Source: Pseudomonadota bacterium (GTDB lineage Bacteria; Pseudomonadota; Gammaproteobacteria; Burkholderiales; JABEVD01). Taken from it: DNA of 64,000 nucleotides. Below, one piece after another: positions 22,793 through 31,005 of this stretch; position 1 is the stretch's first letter; each line of letters opens with the position of its first letter. The position numbers and the translations under genes were made by a program. The stretch is taken from contig JAJZTQ010000002.1 in the NCBI GenBank assembly GCA_021848825.1, positions 5,129 to 69,128 of the forward strand, written 5' to 3'. The notes beneath the pieces were generated by a model. That model had not been told where the DNA came from. It did no database searches and saw only the letters and a list, made by a program, of their open reading frames with translations.

Positions 22793-23982
22793 CCCTCTAC
22801 GCCTACAGGGCCTTGAACCAGCAGGGAGAGGTGAGAAAAGGCGTGCTCGATGCCTTGAGCGAATCGGATCTCGAAGAGCGGCTGGAACGAATCGGCATGG
22901 AGCTCATATCGTACAGGCCGGCGCTGAAGAAGAGTTTCGGGAAAAGGGTCGGGCGGCGCGATCTGATCACCTTCTTTTTCAATCTCGAGCTGCTGACGAG
23001 GGCCGGCGTGTCCCTCGTCGAAAGCCTGACCGATATCAGGGATACCATGGATATTCCCTATTTCAGGGAAATCATCACTGAAATGATCGAAAACATAGAG
23101 GGAGGCATGCAGTTTTCCCATGCCATGTCCTTTTATCCCAGGATATTCGACACCGTCATGGTCAACCTTGTCAGGGCGGGCGAGGAGAGCGCGAAGCTGC
23201 CCGAAATATTCAGGCACCTGACGGATTCGCTCAAATGGCACGACGAAATCAGTTCCCAGACCAGGCAGATCCTGCTTTATCCGGCATTCGTCGGAACAGT
23301 CGTGATCGGCATCACTTTCTTCCTGATGACCTATCTCGTTCCGCAATTGGGCATCTTCTTCAGGAACTTCGGGCAGACCCTTCCTCCCCAGACCCGGGCG
23401 CTGATCGCGGTTTCGAATTTTTTCATTCATTACAAGTACTGGATTCTCCTGGCTCCCTTCCTGCTCTACTTCTTCCTGAAATCGGCGGGCATGCTGAGCG
23501 AGCGGGCAAGGTACTGGCTGGACAGCCTGAAAATCAGGATATGGATCATCGGTCCCATCCTGCTGAAGGTCATCCTGGCGAGATTCGCCAATACGTTCGC
23601 CATCATGTACGAATCGGGCGTGAGCATACTCGACTGCATCGCCATTTCTTCCGGCATCACCGGCAATCTGGTGATATCGAGAAAGCTTGTGCAGGCGAGG
23701 CGGGAGATAGAGGCCGGCAAGACGCTGCTGCAGAGCTTCCAGGGTTCGAACGTCTTTCCTGCCCTCGTGCTCAGGATGATCAAGGTGGGCGAGGCGACAG
23801 GAAGGGTGGACGATGCGCTCTATAACGTCAGCTATTTCTACGAAAGGGACACCCGGGAAGCCATCAGAAGAGTCCAGGTCATGATCGAGCCGGTACTGAC
23901 CGTCGTCCTGGGCTCATTGCTCGGCTGGATCATGCTTTCGGCGATCACCCCGATATACGACATGCTCGGAAAAATCAGATGA
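22789..23982 (+). CDS. GspF/PilC/MshG inner membrane platform protein
   Basis: MTLYAYRAL start overlapping the ATPase stop; AGEESA, LYP, VGEATG, IEP. Confidence 0.9.
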   Translation: MTLYAYRALNQQGEVRKGVLDALSESDLEERLERIGMELISYRPALKKSFGKRVGRRDLITFFFNLELLTRAGVSLVESLTDIRDTMDIPYFREIITEMIENIEGGMQFSHAMSFYPRIFDTVMVNLVRAGEESAKLPEIFRHLTDSLKWHDEISSQTRQILLYPAFVGTVVIGITFFLMTYLVPQLGIFFRNFGQTLPPQTRALIAVSNFFIHYKYWILLAPFLLYFFLKSAGMLSERARYWLDSLKIRIWIIGPILLKVILARFANTFAIMYESGVSILDCIAISSGITGNLVISRKLVQARREIEAGKTLLQSFQGSNVFPALVLRMIKVGEATGRVDDALYNVSYFYERDTREAIRRVQVMIEPVLTVVLGSLLGWIMLSAITPIYDMLGKIR

Positions 23983-25433
23983 AGACGCTGAAGCTTTTCA
24001 TCGGAGACAAGGCATGCCTGGTCATGGAATGGAAAAACGGCCTGCCGGCCTGGCGGGCGGCTTTTCAGAATTCCGCAACGGGCGTGGGGCAATTCGAAGC
24101 TTATCTCGAAGGCAGGAAGCATTCGACGGCGAGCATCCTTGTCGATCTCGTCGAGGAGGATTATCGTCAGGAAAGCATTCCCCATCTCGGTCTTCTGGAC
24201 AGGAAGCATTATCTCGCGAAAAAGCTGGTCCAGTACTATCGCCATACGCCTTTCAACAGCGCCGTTTTCCAGGGCAAAGAGGGAAAAAACGACAGGGTTC
24301 TTTTTTCGGCGATGACGAGCCCGAATCTCATCCTGCCATGGGTGGAATTGCTTGCGAAAAAGCGGATTCCGTTGACGGGGATCTGTTCAGTCGCGCTGCT
24401 GAGCGAAAAGCTGATCGGCAGCATCCATGCAACCCACCTGATGCTGCTTTCCTTCCAGGAGGGAACGGGCCTGAGGCAGAGCTTCTTCCTGAACGGCCGT
24501 CTGAATTTCTCGAGGCTGACCCTGATTCGCCCCGAAGAAGATCCTCTTGCCGTTCTCCGCGTCGAGTCAGCCCGCGCCTACAATTATCTCCACGCGCTCA
24601 ATCTGCTTCCGGAAACAGGGGTGATTCCTGTTCTCGTCCTTTGTGACGAAAACGACAGCAGGAAGCTGGGCGAGATGATAGAAGACACGCCTTCGGTTCG
24701 GCATGTCTTCATCGATCCTCATGAGGCGGCGAGAAGGACGGGTTTCAGGGGGGGCATGGCGGGCTCGGATGCGCTGCCGATTTTCCTTCACCTTCAGGGG
24801 GCTGCCAACCATTACGGAAACGGGGCGCACAGGCACCTCAACGATCTGCGTCAGCTGCGCGTTGCAGCCCATTTTCTTTCCGCTTCCCTTGTCGCTGCAG
24901 GGCTGATACTTGCAGCAATAGACGCATCGATGGCGATCAGGCTTCATCGCAAAGCGGGTATTCTCGAAGCGAGGAGCGATGCGGCGATGCTTCAGTACAG
25001 GAAGCTCGTTCCTCCCGAGAGAGGGGCGGAGTCGCCGCAGAAGATGAAGGCTGCCGTCATGCTTGCCCAAATTCTTGCCGCTGCCTATCCGAAACCGGAA
25101 AACCTGCTTTCCCTGGTGAGCCGCGCGCTCGAGCCCTTTCCTACGGTTCGGATGAACAGGATCTCTTGGCAGACATCCAGGGGAAAATCGTTTGTTTCGA
25201 ATCCGGGGGAAGTGGTGATAGACATCGAAGGCGAGATCTTTCCTTTCGATGGAAACTTCAGGGCTGCCAATGAGAGCGTGGAAAATTTCTGTTCCGAACT
25301 CGGAAAAACGGGCATGACGGTACAGAAGATCAAGCTTCCCCTGAACCTGAGCCCTGGCGCCAGTCTCGTCGGAAAGACAGGGCGGGAAAAGGCGGATTTT
25401 GCCGTCAGGGCATTCTGGAAGAGGGTATCGTGA
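23979..25433 (+). CDS. Putative PilM/PilN-like (MshI/GspL-like) alignment protein
   Basis: Cytoplasmic N-region (LVDLVEEDYRQE, GLRQSFF..LNFSRL), one TM, periplasmic C-domain; position in the operon. Confidence 0.55.
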   Translation: MKTLKLFIGDKACLVMEWKNGLPAWRAAFQNSATGVGQFEAYLEGRKHSTASILVDLVEEDYRQESIPHLGLLDRKHYLAKKLVQYYRHTPFNSAVFQGKEGKNDRVLFSAMTSPNLILPWVELLAKKRIPLTGICSVALLSEKLIGSIHATHLMLLSFQEGTGLRQSFFLNGRLNFSRLTLIRPEEDPLAVLRVESARAYNYLHALNLLPETGVIPVLVLCDENDSRKLGEMIEDTPSVRHVFIDPHEAARRTGFRGGMAGSDALPIFLHLQGAANHYGNGAHRHLNDLRQLRVAAHFLSASLVAAGLILAAIDASMAIRLHRKAGILEARSDAAMLQYRKLVPPERGAESPQKMKAAVMLAQILAAAYPKPENLLSLVSRALEPFPTVRMNRISWQTSRGKSFVSNPGEVVIDIEGEIFPFDGNFRAANESVENFCSELGKTGMTVQKIKLPLNLSPGASLVGKTGREKADFAVRAFWKRVS

Positions 25434-26008
25434 TCCTGAAGCGTGAGGATTTTCCGAGTATTGCCTTTTCGCTCGCCCTCCTGCTTTCCGCCGTATCCGC
25501 TTCATTCGCCCTTCCGTTCATCAGTCAGCGTTTCCTTCAGAGGATGGTTCTCGAAGAAGCCCGTTCCGAAAAGGCGCTGCTCGACGCGAACGAAAAAATC
25601 AGGGAAGCGGCAAGGGAGCGGGAGAGCATTTCGATTTTCAAGGCAGCCTACGGGCGGCTCGTCACGCGCGGGGTGATCGGGAATTTCGAAAGACTCGATC
25701 TCGTCGAGCATCTGGACGAAGCGGGATCGAGCGTCTTCAGCATGCAGTATTCGGTTTCTCCCCAGGAAAAAATACCCGAACCCGGTTTCTATTCCATTGA
25801 CGTCAATCGCGCGACAGTCAATCTGGATGTCCTCCACGAAGGGAAACTCCTGGATTTCCTGGATGCGCTGGAGGCGAAGTCGAGGGGACTCTTCCTTGTC
25901 GAAGGATGCGCCATGGAAAGGATCGAAGGAGAGTCGGCCATTTCTTTCGCGCCCCATCTGAAGGCAGGATGCAGCCTGATGTGGGTGACGCTGGAAGCAG
26001 TGAAATGA
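25430..26008 (+). CDS. Putative PilO/MshJ-like alignment protein
   Basis: N-terminal TM, coiled coil, LHEGKLLDFL, two Cys near the C-terminus; coupled to both neighbours. Confidence 0.55.
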   Translation: MILKREDFPSIAFSLALLLSAVSASFALPFISQRFLQRMVLEEARSEKALLDANEKIREAARERESISIFKAAYGRLVTRGVIGNFERLDLVEHLDEAGSSVFSMQYSVSPQEKIPEPGFYSIDVNRATVNLDVLHEGKLLDFLDALEAKSRGLFLVEGCAMERIEGESAISFAPHLKAGCSLMWVTLEAVK

Positions 26009-26244
26009 AGAAGCTGATCTTCCTGATGCTTTTCCTTGTTCAATCCCAATCCTTCGCCGATACGCTGGGGCGGCTTTTCTTCACGAAGCAGGAAAGGGAG
26101 GCGATGGACAGACGGAGCAGGAATCCTGGAAAGGCGACCGAAGCGAATCCGGAGGCGAGCGGAACCGTCCAGAGGAAAGACGGCGGAGAGACAGTCTGGA
26201 TCAATGGCGTTCCCCATCATGTGGAACGGGACAAGAAAAAATGA
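26005..26244 (+). CDS. Small exported pilus accessory protein (PilP/MshK-like position)
   Basis: Signal peptide MKKLIFLMLFLVQSQSFA, LGRLFFT..ER..D, TVWING; ATGA overlaps at both ends. Confidence 0.55.
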   Translation: MKKLIFLMLFLVQSQSFADTLGRLFFTKQEREAMDRRSRNPGKATEANPEASGTVQRKDGGETVWINGVPHHVERDKKK

Positions 26245-27434
26245 GGGAAAAAGGAGCGGTGATCCTGCTTTTGATGACGGTCTTCCTGGCTGCAGGGACC
26301 TACCTTTTCGTCAGTTCCGTCGACATTTCGAAAAACACGGTGGAGCGCGAAAAGATAACAGCACGGGCGCTTGCTCAGGCGAAGGATGCGCTGATCGGTT
26401 TTGCGATCACCTATGCCGAAAAGCATCATGGCAATCCGGTTAACGGCTATCTGCCCTGCCCGGACATGTCCGCAACGGGCATAGGCAAAGAAGGGTCCGC
26501 TGAGGGGAGCTGCGGAGGGAAAAATGTCAGCGCGATCGGAAAACTGCCGTGGAAGACGCTCGATCTTCCGCCTCTCAGGGACGGCAGAGGGGAGTGTCTC
26601 TGGTATGCAGTTTCAGGAACATACAAGAACAATCCGGATTCCGACTTCATGGACTGGGACAATATGGGGCTCTTCCAGGTCATGGCTTCAGACGGGGTAA
26701 CCGTTCTCGCCAGTCAGGCAGTCGCCGTCGTTATTTCCCCGGGATTCGCCATGGGAAGCCAGAATCATTTGCCGGCAGTGGGTACCGCAATCTGCGGGGG
26801 AAATTACACCCCATCCAATTATCTCGACAATGATACGGTTCACAACATAAACAATGCCCTTGTTTCGCCCATAGCGAATGCAGTGACGAAGTTCATTCAG
26901 GGGGATGTCGGTAACCCGATGGTGAACGACAGGCTGATCGTGGTCACGAGGGAAGACATCTTCAATGCCCTGAAAAAGCGCAGCGATTTTTCTTCATTCG
27001 TGGAAAATTCACTGCTGAACGCCGCATCGACATGCCTTTCTACGACTTTGCCTCTGCCGATTGCAATCAATTTCGATGCCATGACCGAAACGGCAGGTTC
27101 GAGCGTCGGGGATCTGGTCACGGGGCGAGTCCCCTACTCTTCATGTACCGACATTGCGATCAGGAAATGGCGCGACAACCTGCTCTATGCGACATGTTCA
27201 TCGGGAACCGCCTGTCTGAAGGTGAACAGTTCGGCTTGCAGGGGGATCCTGATCTTCGCAGGAGAAAGGACGGCTTTGCAAAGCAGAGCGACCAATGCCC
27301 AGAAGAACGACTGGAGAAATTATCTGGAAGGAGACGTTTACACCGCTTTTTCTGCCGGATCCGATACGTTCAACGGTGCTTCAGCCTATTCCAACGTTTC
27401 GCCTTCCACCGACATATTGGCATGCGTACCATGA
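26241..27434 (+). CDS. Large Cys-rich minor pilin-like protein (PilX/GspK-like N-terminus)
   Basis: MREKG|AVILLL lacks Glu5; GYLPCPD, GKLPWKTL; 10 Cys. Confidence 0.6.
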   Translation: MREKGAVILLLMTVFLAAGTYLFVSSVDISKNTVEREKITARALAQAKDALIGFAITYAEKHHGNPVNGYLPCPDMSATGIGKEGSAEGSCGGKNVSAIGKLPWKTLDLPPLRDGRGECLWYAVSGTYKNNPDSDFMDWDNMGLFQVMASDGVTVLASQAVAVVISPGFAMGSQNHLPAVGTAICGGNYTPSNYLDNDTVHNINNALVSPIANAVTKFIQGDVGNPMVNDRLIVVTREDIFNALKKRSDFSSFVENSLLNAASTCLSTTLPLPIAINFDAMTETAGSSVGDLVTGRVPYSSCTDIAIRKWRDNLLYATCSSGTACLKVNSSACRGILIFAGERTALQSRATNAQKNDWRNYLEGDVYTAFSAGSDTFNGASAYSNVSPSTDILACVP

Positions 27435-28120
27435 AAAAAGGATTCACGCTGGTCGAAATCGCAGTCGTTCTGGCAATAATTGCCCTTCTCGTCGGCGGCA
27501 TGCTGATCCCGATTTCCGCCCAGATAGAAGAGCAGAAGATCATGGATACGCAGGATTCCATCGATCTGGTCAAGGAGGCGTTGATCGGATATGCGGTCGT
27601 CAACAAGCATCTTCCCTGCCCCGACAAGACTGTGCCAACAGGCGCCGGTACTGCGAACGACGGTCTCGAGGATGCGGCAGCAAGCGGTTCCTGCGTAAGT
27701 CAGGAGGGCAATATTCCCTGGGTCACTTTGGGCGTCTCGGGGCTGGATGCATGGGGTAACCGCATCCATTACAGCGTGACACCCGCTTTTTCGAATTCTC
27801 TCGCCAAATTCACGCTCCACTCGACCGGTACATTGCGGATATGTCAGACGTCGACCTGCGCAAACGTAGTGGCCAATGAAATTCCCGCCGTCGTCCTTTC
27901 CTATGGAAAGAATGGCTTCGGCGCGATCAACAGTGCCGGGCACGCCAATGTTTTACCGACGAGCGCAGACGAATTGGCCAATACCGACGGGAACCTCGAT
28001 TTTGTAAGCCGTACCGGCACTCCTTCCGCAGCCGCTTCGGGGCAGTTCGACGACATCGTCGACTGGGTCTCCCCCTATGTGCTCTTCGATCGAATGGTTT
28101 CGGCAGGGGTCTTGCCTTGA
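27431..28120 (+). CDS. Type IV pilin/pseudopilin
   Basis: Class III signal MKKG|FTLVEIAVVL; HLPCPD, GNIPWVTL. Confidence 0.88.
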   Translation: MKKGFTLVEIAVVLAIIALLVGGMLIPISAQIEEQKIMDTQDSIDLVKEALIGYAVVNKHLPCPDKTVPTGAGTANDGLEDAAASGSCVSQEGNIPWVTLGVSGLDAWGNRIHYSVTPAFSNSLAKFTLHSTGTLRICQTSTCANVVANEIPAVVLSYGKNGFGAINSAGHANVLPTSADELANTDGNLDFVSRTGTPSAAASGQFDDIVDWVSPYVLFDRMVSAGVLP

Positions 28121-28872
28121 AGACGATCGCAAGATATACGCTGCTCGAAGCGCTCAGGAACAAAATGCTCTGGCTGATTCTGCCGATTCTTCTCCTCGGC
28201 CTTTCCTTTTCGCATTTTCTTCAGCGGACAGCCATCACCGAGAGCAGCGAGATCCAGGCGGGCTCCCTTGCCTTGATGGAGAGGACAGGGGCGGTGTTCG
28301 TCATGGTTTCCTTTGTCGTGGGGGGCATCTCAAGGGAGTACCAGGAAAAGGGGATGGAATTCTTCCTCGCCTTGCCGATGGGCAGGACCAGCTATCTTTT
28401 CGGCAAGCTTCTGGGATATGCATGCTGTTCGCTCCTGCTTGCCATTCTTTTCACCTTGCCGTTCTTCCTGAGCAACTCGCCTGTCTCGGCTTCGATCTGG
28501 GGCATTTCGCTCTTTCTCGAACTCGCTTTGATGAGTTGTGTGAGCCTCTTTTTCTCGATATCGCTGACCCAGATGCCCCTGGCGCTCGCGGCGGTTTCAG
28601 GCTTCTACCTGCTTTCACGCTCGATGGGGGCGATCATGCTGATCATGAAGGGCCCTCTCGCGGTTCACGGATTCTTGGAGGATATCGCCGACAGGGCGAT
28701 TTCGCTTGTCTCCTTCGTTCTCCCTTCGCTCGACGATTTCACCAGGACCGGATGGATCCTCTATCAGGAAACCAAATGGCAGGTTCTCCTGCCTGTTCTC
28801 GTCCAGACTGCGATTTACCTCTTGCTGATCTCCGCTGCAGCGCTCTTCGACTTCGAGAGGAGGGAAATCTGA
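28117..28872 (+). CDS. ABC transporter permease (PilI/XapB-like)
   Basis: IARYTLLEALRNK, REYQEK..FFLALPMGRTSYLFGK, several TM helices, FERREI end. Confidence 0.78.
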   Translation: MKTIARYTLLEALRNKMLWLILPILLLGLSFSHFLQRTAITESSEIQAGSLALMERTGAVFVMVSFVVGGISREYQEKGMEFFLALPMGRTSYLFGKLLGYACCSLLLAILFTLPFFLSNSPVSASIWGISLFLELALMSCVSLFFSISLTQMPLALAAVSGFYLLSRSMGAIMLIMKGPLAVHGFLEDIADRAISLVSFVLPSLDDFTRTGWILYQETKWQVLLPVLVQTAIYLLLISAAALFDFERREI

Positions 28873-28886
28873 ACGCGTCATGGCAG

Positions 28887-29567
28887 GTGAAATGGGTCTT
28901 GATGATTTCGCTGATTCTTCAGATTGTCTGGCACGCCTTTCGGTCAGACGAAAGTCCTGCTGCGCAAAAGCTTCATGATCCGCCTTCGCCCACGGATCTG
29001 AGGCTCGCGTCTTTCGGCGAATCCGAGATGGCCTCGAGATTCATGATGCTCTATCTGCAGTCATTCGACAGCCAGCCCGGAATCGTCATCCCTTACCGGG
29101 ATCTGGACTATCGGCGGGTCAAGAAATGGCTGAAGACGAGCCTGATCCTCGATGAAAGGGATCAATATCCGCTCTTTGCCGCAGCCGGCCTCTATCTCGG
29201 CGTGGAAGACGACAGCAGGAAAAGGATCATGCTCGATTTCATCTACAGGGCATTCGTGAAAAACCCGGAAGAAAGATGGCAATGGCTGGCAAGGGGGATA
29301 TGGGTTGCAAAATACCAGCTTCACGATCTTCCCCTTGCCCTTCGATATGCGGAGGCGCTCGCCGGACGCAGGACCTCGAAGATGCCCGACTGGGTGAGCG
29401 AAATGCAGGTTTTCATCCTGAATGACATGAACAAAATCGATAGTGAAAGGATATTGATTGGCGCCCTTCTTGCCAATGGCAAGATACTAGACCAGAACGA
29501 GAAGTATCTTCTCGAGAGGGAGCTCGCCAGGATAGGGAGGCAAAAAAAATCCGGCGTGCTATGGTGA
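28887..29567 (+). CDS. Membrane-anchored helical hypothetical protein (PilG/XapA-like position)
   Basis: N-terminal hydrophobic segment, YLQSFDSQPG, LDYRRV..WL...LD..QYPL, ERWQWL. Start uncertain (28869 CTG, 28887 GTG or 28902 ATG); the ORF-track extension overlaps the permease. Confidence 0.6.
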   Translation: MKWVLMISLILQIVWHAFRSDESPAAQKLHDPPSPTDLRLASFGESEMASRFMMLYLQSFDSQPGIVIPYRDLDYRRVKKWLKTSLILDERDQYPLFAAAGLYLGVEDDSRKRIMLDFIYRAFVKNPEERWQWLARGIWVAKYQLHDLPLALRYAEALAGRRTSKMPDWVSEMQVFILNDMNKIDSERILIGALLANGKILDQNEKYLLERELARIGRQKKSGVLW

Positions 29568-29596
29568 ATCAAACAAACCTTTTGGAGCGGCAAATC

Positions 29597-30244
29597 ATGG
29601 AAAAAGAAACCGGTTTCACATTGGTCGAGATAGCCATCGTGCTGGTCATCATAGGGCTGATTCTTGCTGCGGTATTGAAGGGGCAGGAAATGATCACCCA
29701 GGGCAAGATCAAGGGCATCATCAACGATTTCAACGCAGTCTTGACCGCCTACAATGGCTACCAGGACAGGTACAAGGCGATTCCGGGGGATGATCCCAAT
29801 TCGGGGGCGAGGTGGACCACGCTGGGGGTAAGCGGAAACGGCAATGGCACGGTCGACGGAGAATACAACGACGCAACTGGCGGAACTTCGGAAGCGACCT
29901 ATTTCTGGGCAGATCTGAAATTCGCCAATTTCTTTCCGGGATTGACCGACACTGCAGCCCACGCCGAGGCCCAGCCTTCGAATTCAGTCGGAGGGATCAT
30001 AGGGGTTCAGAACAATGCGCTGGGGATGTCGGGGCTCTCGATCTGCATGTCGGCGGTGGTATACAAGATTGCGCAATCCGTGGACACGCAGATCGACGAC
30101 GGCAATGCGATGACAGGTTCGGTTCGCGCAACCGTTCAGACCGCTGGCGCCACGCTCGCCCAGTTGCCTGACCTGACGGGAGGGGCTCCGGCAGCCAATT
30201 ACGTTGACGGCAGCACCTACGTCATATGCCGCTCCATTCCCTGA
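29597..30244 (+). CDS. Type IV pilin (candidate major pilin 1)
   Basis: MEKETG|FTLVEIAIVLVIIGL..VLKGQE, PGDD, DDG, two Cys near the C-terminus. Confidence 0.88.
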   Translation: MEKETGFTLVEIAIVLVIIGLILAAVLKGQEMITQGKIKGIINDFNAVLTAYNGYQDRYKAIPGDDPNSGARWTTLGVSGNGNGTVDGEYNDATGGTSEATYFWADLKFANFFPGLTDTAAHAEAQPSNSVGGIIGVQNNALGMSGLSICMSAVVYKIAQSVDTQIDDGNAMTGSVRATVQTAGATLAQLPDLTGGAPAANYVDGSTYVICRSIP

Positions 30245-30254
30245 GGAAATTGGC

Positions 30255-30950
30255 GTGAAAGGGGGGCAGTCGGGCTTCACGCTGGTCGAGATCGCGATCG
30301 TTCTCGTGATCATCGGCCTTCTGATAGGCGGCGTGCTCAAGGGCCAGGAAATGATCACCCAGGGCAGGATCAAGAGCGCGATCATCGATTTTTCCGGCAT
30401 CAGTGCCGCCTATTACGCCTACATAGACCGATACAAGGCGCTGCCCGGAGACGACAGCCAGGCCACAGCCAGATGGGGCGCGGCAATTCTTCCCAACAAT
30501 GCAGTCGGCAACGGCGACGGCGTGATCAGCGGACCCTACTATCAGACGGCGGTAGGCACCGGCGCTACAAACGAGACGGCAGACTTCTGGTCCCACCTCA
30601 GGGCGGCAGGGCTCGTGACCGGAAACAGTCTCGCCAATCCGGTCACGCTTCCCATCAATTCTTCCGGCGGCATCATCGGGGTGCAGACCGGCAATGGCGC
30701 TGCGGCACCCGGGGAGGTGCTGCTGACAGCCGGCGCAGGCACGGGACTCATCGGTTTCATGATCTGCTCGACCCGGCTTCCGGACAGGGTCGCAGCGGCA
30801 GTGGATGTACAGCTGGACAACGGCAGTCCGAATTCAGGCAGCATCCGCGCCTGGCAATCAGGGGGCGCCCAGGATCCTGTTCCTGCGGCGCCCGCAGGTC
30901 CGCCCTATTCCGACAACGGCACCGCAATGTCGATATGCAGGGCGCTCTAG
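30255..30950 (+). CDS. Type IV pilin (candidate major pilin 2, paralog of the previous gene)
   Basis: GTG start after GAGG; KGGQSG|FTLVEIAIVLVIIGLLIGGVLKGQE, PGDD, two Cys. Confidence 0.88.
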   Translation: MKGGQSGFTLVEIAIVLVIIGLLIGGVLKGQEMITQGRIKSAIIDFSGISAAYYAYIDRYKALPGDDSQATARWGAAILPNNAVGNGDGVISGPYYQTAVGTGATNETADFWSHLRAAGLVTGNSLANPVTLPINSSGGIIGVQTGNGAAAPGEVLLTAGAGTGLIGFMICSTRLPDRVAAAVDVQLDNGSPNSGSIRAWQSGGAQDPVPAAPAGPPYSDNGTAMSICRAL

Positions 30951-31005
30951 TCTGCTGACCATTGGAGATTCAGGAAGCACGTATTCAATCAAGAGGAGGT
31001 CGTCC

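Noticed and set aside
28077..28868. N-terminal half of the 496-aa ORF, as a possible overlapping gene or frameshift
   Set aside because: It overlaps the ABC permease in another frame and reads as noise; only the part after ~28870 looks like a protein.
29597..30950. Pilins as Geobacter-type conductive e-pili
   Set aside because: They are long (>200 aa) with globular heads and no obvious aromatic enrichment.
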